DNA of 64,000 nucleotides from the human T2T-CHM13v2.0 reference genome, Homo sapiens, in NCBI RefSeq assembly GCF_009914755.1, contig NC_060937.1. One strand, 5' to 3'. A model generated the notes under the pieces. It ran no database searches, was not told the origin of the DNA, and saw only the letters and a list, made by a program, of their open reading frames with translations. This document shows, piece by piece, positions 56,409 to 64,000 of this stretch (position 1 is the stretch's first letter; every line of letters begins with the position of its first letter). Made by a program: the position numbers and the translations under genes.

Positions 56409-59304
56409 AAGTCCAGCTGGCTATATTCATTTGTGATTATGCTCCTATGTGCTTTACTTTTTATTTGATTATGTCTCATTACACAGTTCCTGTCCTGGGG
56501 TTCTGGGCCCCTGAGGGATTTTCATTTTATTACATAGACCCCTTGTGACAATGGTGTATCTGGGCTAATGTAACCAGTGCTGTTTCATTGGGCACAAACT
56601 ATTTGGGGTGCACTGGGAAGCATACATGTAGGAGGGAAAAGGAAAGACATTTATTAGTGCCCACTGAGTGCCAGGCCCTGTGCATTTTACACTAATTTCA
56701 ACCTCTAATACTCGGTATACAACAAGGTACACAGAATTATTCCCATTGCACAGACAAAGAAACTGAGGTCTGGAAAGGGTAAGTGACTTGTCTGAGCACA
56801 CCCAGCTAATAAGAAGAATCAAAGATGGCACCCAAATCTCAGGATCTGCCTGACACCCAAGACACCCGAGGCCAGGCTCTTTAAAACATAAAATGCTGTT
56901 TCACACAAAAGGTGCCAGGCCAAGGGAAGAGGAGCCCCTTCTCAGGACAGTTGTGGTTCCATAGTCCATTAAACCTTCCCACCACCAAGGGGCCCTGCAG
57001 CCACCCCACCCCCTCCCATGAGAGATCCTCTGCACCTTGCTTGAAGCTCATCAGGAAGGTCACCAAATTGTAAAACAAAGGAATCCTTCAGTCTCAGGAG
57101 GATCTTTGAAACACCGCACTTCAATCCTTGGCCCCAGAGCCTAGGATCCACCCAGGGCTCCAGGGCCTCAGGCATTTGGCCCATCAAGTGCTGCTTGACT
57201 CCTCTGTATCTCACCCCATTGTGACCCTGGCATTTTGCTCAGCTGATGAGGATATCATGTCGGGCAGCATTGCAGCTCTTGTGCAGCCTGGGAGATTGCA
57301 TCTATTGTTGTTTCCTTATCTGTGTGCTCTTTCATTCTATCAGACAAGGAAATTAAATTGGTCTGGCACCATTTGCTCTCTAGAAAGCTACTTTGGCTGC
57401 TAAATCCACCAAAGGGGGTGGATTTATTTGGGTGTTTCTTTCCTAAGTGAGTGAACAGGCCTTTTCAGAGCCGCCCACAATTAACTGAAAGGCCCGAGCT
57501 GCTGTGCCAGGCCCACCTGTTGTGGGGATGGAAGCCAAATGGGGCAGATGGGATCGAAGCGGGGCCAGAAAAATAGCCTCTTAATTTAGCACCAGAGTCC
57601 TCTCCCACTCTGCTCCAGCCCCCCTACAACTGGAAAAATGTGGAAGGCACAAATATGAGTCAGAGAAAACCATCCAGGAACCTGGGTGTTAAAACCCCAC
57701 CTCCAGACTGCAGCAGGGAACGTTAGGAAAAAAGGGCTGAAAACCGAACATCAATATTGGTTTTGCTCCTGATGCCTGGAAGGGTCTCCCTTGCCTTGTC
57801 CTCTTCATGAATGAGCATTCACCTCTTCATCCTCCAAAGGGGGCCCTCGCAGTTTTCCGCAGCCTCCGCGTCCCCATGTCCCCAGGCAGAGAGCCCACTG
57901 GCCCTTTTGCATCTCCGGCATGTTGAAATGACCTGTTGGCATACTTACGGGCTGATATTATTATGGTTTTTTTTTTTTTTGATTTGCCCCAAAAAGGAGT
58001 TGAGGTGGATTACAAACTTATAACTGAACTTTAAAATAAATCACTCACTTGAAAGTTGGTGGCAACTTTCAAGATCAGGGCAAAAGGAAATAAGAAAAAT
58101 TTATGTAAAATATTTACTCTGGGGTCTTCTTGGTGGGCCATGGCTTTGGCCCTCAGCTTTCCAGCAGCCAACCCGAAGCTGGTGCGTATCAGTTCCTTGA
58201 TTCACGCTGTTCACAGCTGGTCAGGTAAGGCACGGCTTTTCCAGTTCTGAGGCCTAAGAGGAACTTTGCTCATAGTTTCTCATAAAAAGGACCCTGTGAG
58301 GGGTCATGAACAGTGTCCTCAACATGTCATGGACATTGTCCTTAGGTAGACATATGTTTCATGGGACTGTGTATCATATAACATCCTTTCTGTCCGCCTA
58401 TGGCACCACATCACCATGCCCTTCGGGGAAGGCAGTTCTACAGGGTGGCCAATACAATGGGACTTGGCTGTAGTTTCCTGTTAGCCTGCCTAGATTCACA
58501 ATAGGCTTTCCGGAATCTAGAGGATTCAGGATGTAGTTCTCGCTTGCCTCAATGGAGACTTGAATGAGTTTATGCAGTAGTCATGAATGAATATTCATTC
58601 TTACCATCGCTGCTGAGCATCTGAGCCCGCTCCTTGGCTTTGTGGAATTCCCTGAGCTAAGGCAGATCTTGCCTCCCATTTTAGAGACTGAAAGTGGCAG
58701 CTACTTGCTTTTCTAGCCTCCTTTGCAGCTAGCACGTGGCCAGATGGCCCAGTCACCACCAAACAGACACATCGCCCCAAGTTATAACCATGACAAGGGT
58801 GCTGGTAGTGGCTGCAGAAGGATAATCTTTTTAGGGCAGCACGTGCAGCACACTGAGTGGGGGCATCCAGTGACTGGAGCTAGCAGTATCAGCAATGGAG
58901 ACTGTGACCTCCTCACTTGACCCAAGCTACTGTCCAGGCCGTAGGAGCCTGAACTTATTTCTTCTGCCCTCCTGCTGAATGTGTGATCTTCTCGATGTCC
59001 TTGTAATGAGTGTATATTCTGCTTAAATCAGCCTGAGTTGGCTTGGTTGCAAGAAAAAACCTGCTTGATGCAAGCAGCTGTTCTTCTCCGCTCCCCGCCC
59101 ACCCACATGCAAGGCATAGGAAAGTCAAACTGCTGTGAAAGCCAAGGATGCGTACACGCATAAGGACACAAGCCAGGTCTGCTCGCAGAGTTCCTGTGAT
59201 AGATAGACGGACAGAAAACTTGAGGGCCCTGCCTGCAGCACAGGCCTGGGGGCAGAAAGACTGTCCCAGAGCTTGCTAGCCTGGAATCCACAGTCTAGAT
59301 TTAT

Positions 59305-60630
<1,326 letters not shown>

Positions 60631-60991
60631 AGAACCTTGACATTCCAGGCTGAGTGGCAGGATTTCTGCCTTTTTGAGTCACACCTATTGCTTCTGGTGG
60701 CTGACGAGGCTGGGAGTTCCCAAGCAATGAGGCAGCAGTTCCGCCCTCCTCCATCCTGGTGGTCTGAAATCCACACCAGCTACCAGGACCACAGAGCACT
60801 GGGCCAAGGCTCTGGGAACCCTCTTTTCCCTGCTGCATCTTCGTCTATGTCCCTTTTGCTACTTCTTGTTGGCTGCTTCAGGGGGAGACAAAAGTAAAGA
60901 CAACCTTGGGTCAAGTTCTCACCATCATTCTCATTATCCTGGAACCTGGACCAGGCTCTGCAGCCTGGGCTGGTGCAGAGGCCATCTCAGG

Positions 60992-61054
60992 TATGCAAAT
61001 GAGTGTGTTATGCAAATGAGTGCTTCCTACAAATAAATGCTTTATGCAAATGAG
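60992..61054 (+). promoter_or_regulatory. Cluster of three perfect octamer (ATGCAAAT) motifs
   Basis: TATGCAAATGAG occurs three times; octamer cores at 60993-61000, 61010-61017, 61044-61051. Function is not shown. Confidence 0.55.
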
Positions 61055-62039
61055 TTTTTGCATTCTCTATCTCTCACACTGGGCTGAGCAGGGACTTTGT
61101 ACTTACCCCAGGACCTGGCACAGGGCTTGACACATCAAAGTACTCAGGAAACATTCACTGGGTACACGTGGATGTAACACAGATCCCGAGGGACCTGACG
61201 CACGACAATAATTTCCACGCAGAGTGTCTTCCTTTCAGTCCAAGGCAAGGGGGGTGACACAGTAATAATGATGATAATGAGAGTGATGATATGTATATGA
61301 AAAAATGAAAGTATAGAGTATGAGTTTATTATAAAAATGTAAAGAAATTGGTTACATGTGTAAGGAAATGTGGAGTTATGGGCATATTTTTCTTTTCAAA
61401 TTCCTTCAACATTGTTATTACCCATATCAGAGTAGTTAAGAATATGCTCAGACAGACATGGTCCTCCTTTGTGAAATGGGAGCTGTTACCTCATTTGGCT
61501 ATGTAAGGACTAAATGAGATAATGCATGAAAAAATTCAGCACTGCCTTTGGCATATAATAAGTGCTAAGTACAAGGGAGCAATTATTGTTATTTTTGCCT
61601 AGAAATTCGTGTGATAACAATAGAGCGGAGCGGGACTCTTGGCGTCCCTGTCATTTTGTGGCTGTTGCTTCCCTCCCCACTGGAGTGGATGGAAAGCTCT
61701 GGGCCTGGGTGTGATTTCTGTCCTGACAGCCCAGCCCTCTGCCCACAGGGCAACTGGGCCAAGTCCCCACTGCGTGCTCCCAGCAAGAGGGCACTGCCAA
61801 ACTTCTCATACCTTTTTATGCTTCTCGGTCTAAGCCATGGGGGTTTGGAGGGATTTTTTTTTTTTTTTTTAATTTGAGATCTGTCATCCTTGCAAATGAG
61901 TTTGCCCTTTGCAGCAAATCCACACAAAACAGGGACAATCTCCAGTTTTCTTTCTGTTGCCTTTTCTCCTCCCTTCTGTTCGAGTCCTGCAGCTACTAAT
62001 GAGGGCCTCTGTCAGCTCCCTGGGAGGGCAGGAAGAGCT

Positions 62040-62500
62040 GCCTTCGCCCTCCTCCCTCTCCCTCTGTCTCTCTCTCTCGCAAACACACACACACAGACTC
62101 AGGAGAGCTGCCCTTCTCATCTGGTCCTCCTTTTCCTCCTTTCCCCCAGCTTCTGCCCTTTATCTTGCTGTTTTCACACTTCCTTCCTCCATCTCTCCTG
62201 TGACTCTTTTTCTCTGAATCTCATCTTCTCTTCTATTTCCTCTCGCATAATAAGTGTGATATAAGTATTTGCTATGATTATGATGTCTCCCCCATCTCTT
62301 TCTCTCTTTCCCTCTCTCTCTTCCTGTGTCTATCTTTGTAATCTTTCTGTCTCTCTTGGTAACTGGCTATTTCTGTCTCTCACTGGCTCTGTCTATCTCC
62401 CTCTCTGTATGTATTTCTCTGTCGTCATCTTTCTGTGTGCATCTATTTCTGTCCCTCTCCTCTGCCTCGTCTGTGGCTCTCTGGCTGGCTCTTCATGTCC
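62040..62500. repeat. CT-rich low-complexity tract
   Basis: ~460 nt of strong pyrimidine skew with degenerate (CT)n/(TCTG)n. Confidence 0.85.
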
Positions 62501-64000
62501 CTTAAATCTTCTAAGCCCCTCTGAGGGCTGTGGTCTGAGCACAGGAAGTAATAAGGAGGAGTATGCCCCACCCTGACCCCAGCCACCCCAAATCCTCACC
62601 ACAGTGCCTGAGAAGTGGATCCGCTCCCTCTTGGCCCAAGATAAAAATGCATCTCTCTTCTTACAGCCTCTTCCTACAGAGAAAATACTGTTCATGGGGT
62701 CCTGCCTGGAAAAACTTCTGGTTGAGGAAGTCATTTTGCGATGCTTGCAAAACAAACTTTCAGAAACCAAATTTCTTGAAACAAAATCTTTGTGGCTGTT
62801 TAACTGATTTAGTCTACTGGTAGGCACACAGAATAACTAAGACTAACACGTTTATAGTTAAAGCATTGCACTTTATCTTCACCCTTTCATAATCTACTTT
62901 TTGCTACTTCAGCCCACTCTTCTTGTTTCTCAGCATAACCTTTTTGTAGTAGGAGAGGTGCCATTATTATTATCTCCATTTTTAAAAGTGGGAACCGATA
63001 CTCATAAAGATGCGATGATTTGCTCCCTGTCACGGAGTTATTTTCAGTGCCGCAGGGCGCAGAACGCTTATTCCCTAGGGACCATGAGCCCCTCTCGCGC
63101 CCCTCCATGCCCCTGTCAGCTCTAGGGCTCTGTGATTTCCACCAGAAATCCCAAACATCTCCCACCAAACCTGCCCAAGGGAGACTCTTTGTGGCTTTTT
63201 CGCACATCGTGTCCTTTGTAAGTCATCGTTCCCGCTGCACACGCGCCCACCATCTCCAGGCTGAACGGCTCAGAGATTTAATCACGTTCTCGGACTCAGG
63301 CCATGGCAGTGAATCTTGGAGCCACGCGGCCGGAGCTGCAGCAGAAACCCTGGCAACGGAAGGAGCTCTCTGAGGGTTTGGTGGAATAAATTACTCAAAC
63401 ACTTGCATTTCTACAAAAGTAGTGACACTTAATTCCTGCTATGATATTAGGATAAACAAAATGTCATCTGCCGCATTGTCCTTGCCCATCCAAATCTTAT
63501 CTTCTTTTTCCGTGTAAGTAATTGGGGGAAAAAAATTACAGAAACCTTCTGGAGTATTATCGTATTAGGATCCGATTTTAACCAGAATGCTGAAAATTTC
63601 ATACTGAAGGCAAGTGCATAGTTGCCGTAAATGCAGGCGAACTTCAAGGTGAAGGAACTCCCCTGTACAATCGCGAATGCAAATGTTTAAAGCCACTCAA
63701 CAATTTTCCCCTTGCAGCTGCCCGTTTTATCTCTTGCAAAACTAGTAATGATACAAGCAGTTGATTATGGTTTACAATAGCAATAAACCTCTCAGAATTG
63801 GTTGTTTCCAAAATAAATAGCCATTCTGTTAAATGTTAAATAACAAGTCATAAACTGCTGAAAACAACCAATTTCTTGTGGATTATTGCCTGAATAAATT
63901 TCAGCAGGAACGGCAGATCATTAAGCTGTGAGCGTCACAGATCAAAACCGTTGGATTAAAAAAAAATCAATCAATTAACTTAAATCCATCCAAAGGAATT

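Noticed and set aside
60992-61054. Repeated 12-mer with differing spacers considered as a CRISPR-like array
   Set aside because: Only three short units with 5-22 nt spacers, eukaryotic context, no cas genes; better explained as octamer motifs.
62393-62827. 144-aa minus-strand ORF and overlapping ORFs at 61589-63373
   Set aside because: No recognisable domain; open frames are explained by CT/GA low complexity and higher GC, and several use non-ATG starts.

Overview
Primate (almost certainly human) genomic DNA, not microbial. The window holds the 3' five coding exons of DNAJC15/MCJ, the mitochondrial Pam18/Tim14-type J-protein, on the + strand: 131-182, 3375-3448, 13057-13133, 20213-20283 and 41622-41692. 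All have GT-AG splice sites and consistent phases; the first coding exon lies upstream of the window. A 3' UTR of up to ~7 kb follows, then ~15 kb of downstream non-coding DNA. Most of the rest is Alu, L1, L2, MIR, LTR and DNA-transposon fossils, and none of the listed ORFs looks like a real gene. I find no new protein-coding system. The most notable structural signals are: (1) an Alu plus ~360 bp of old LTR-derived DNA plus a second poly(A), all inside one 17-bp TSD (candidate Alu 3' transduction or chimera); (2) a two-part inverted duplication that would fold the pre-mRNA with exon 3 bulged out; (3) exon 2 starting with GTAAGA directly after its acceptor (recursive-splice-type exon), where co-skipping exons 2+3 is in frame and removes the membrane anchor; (4) a downstream cluster of POU octamer/MORE motifs. 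Repeat family names come from remembered consensus sequences, and many repeat boundaries and percent identities are by-eye estimates.
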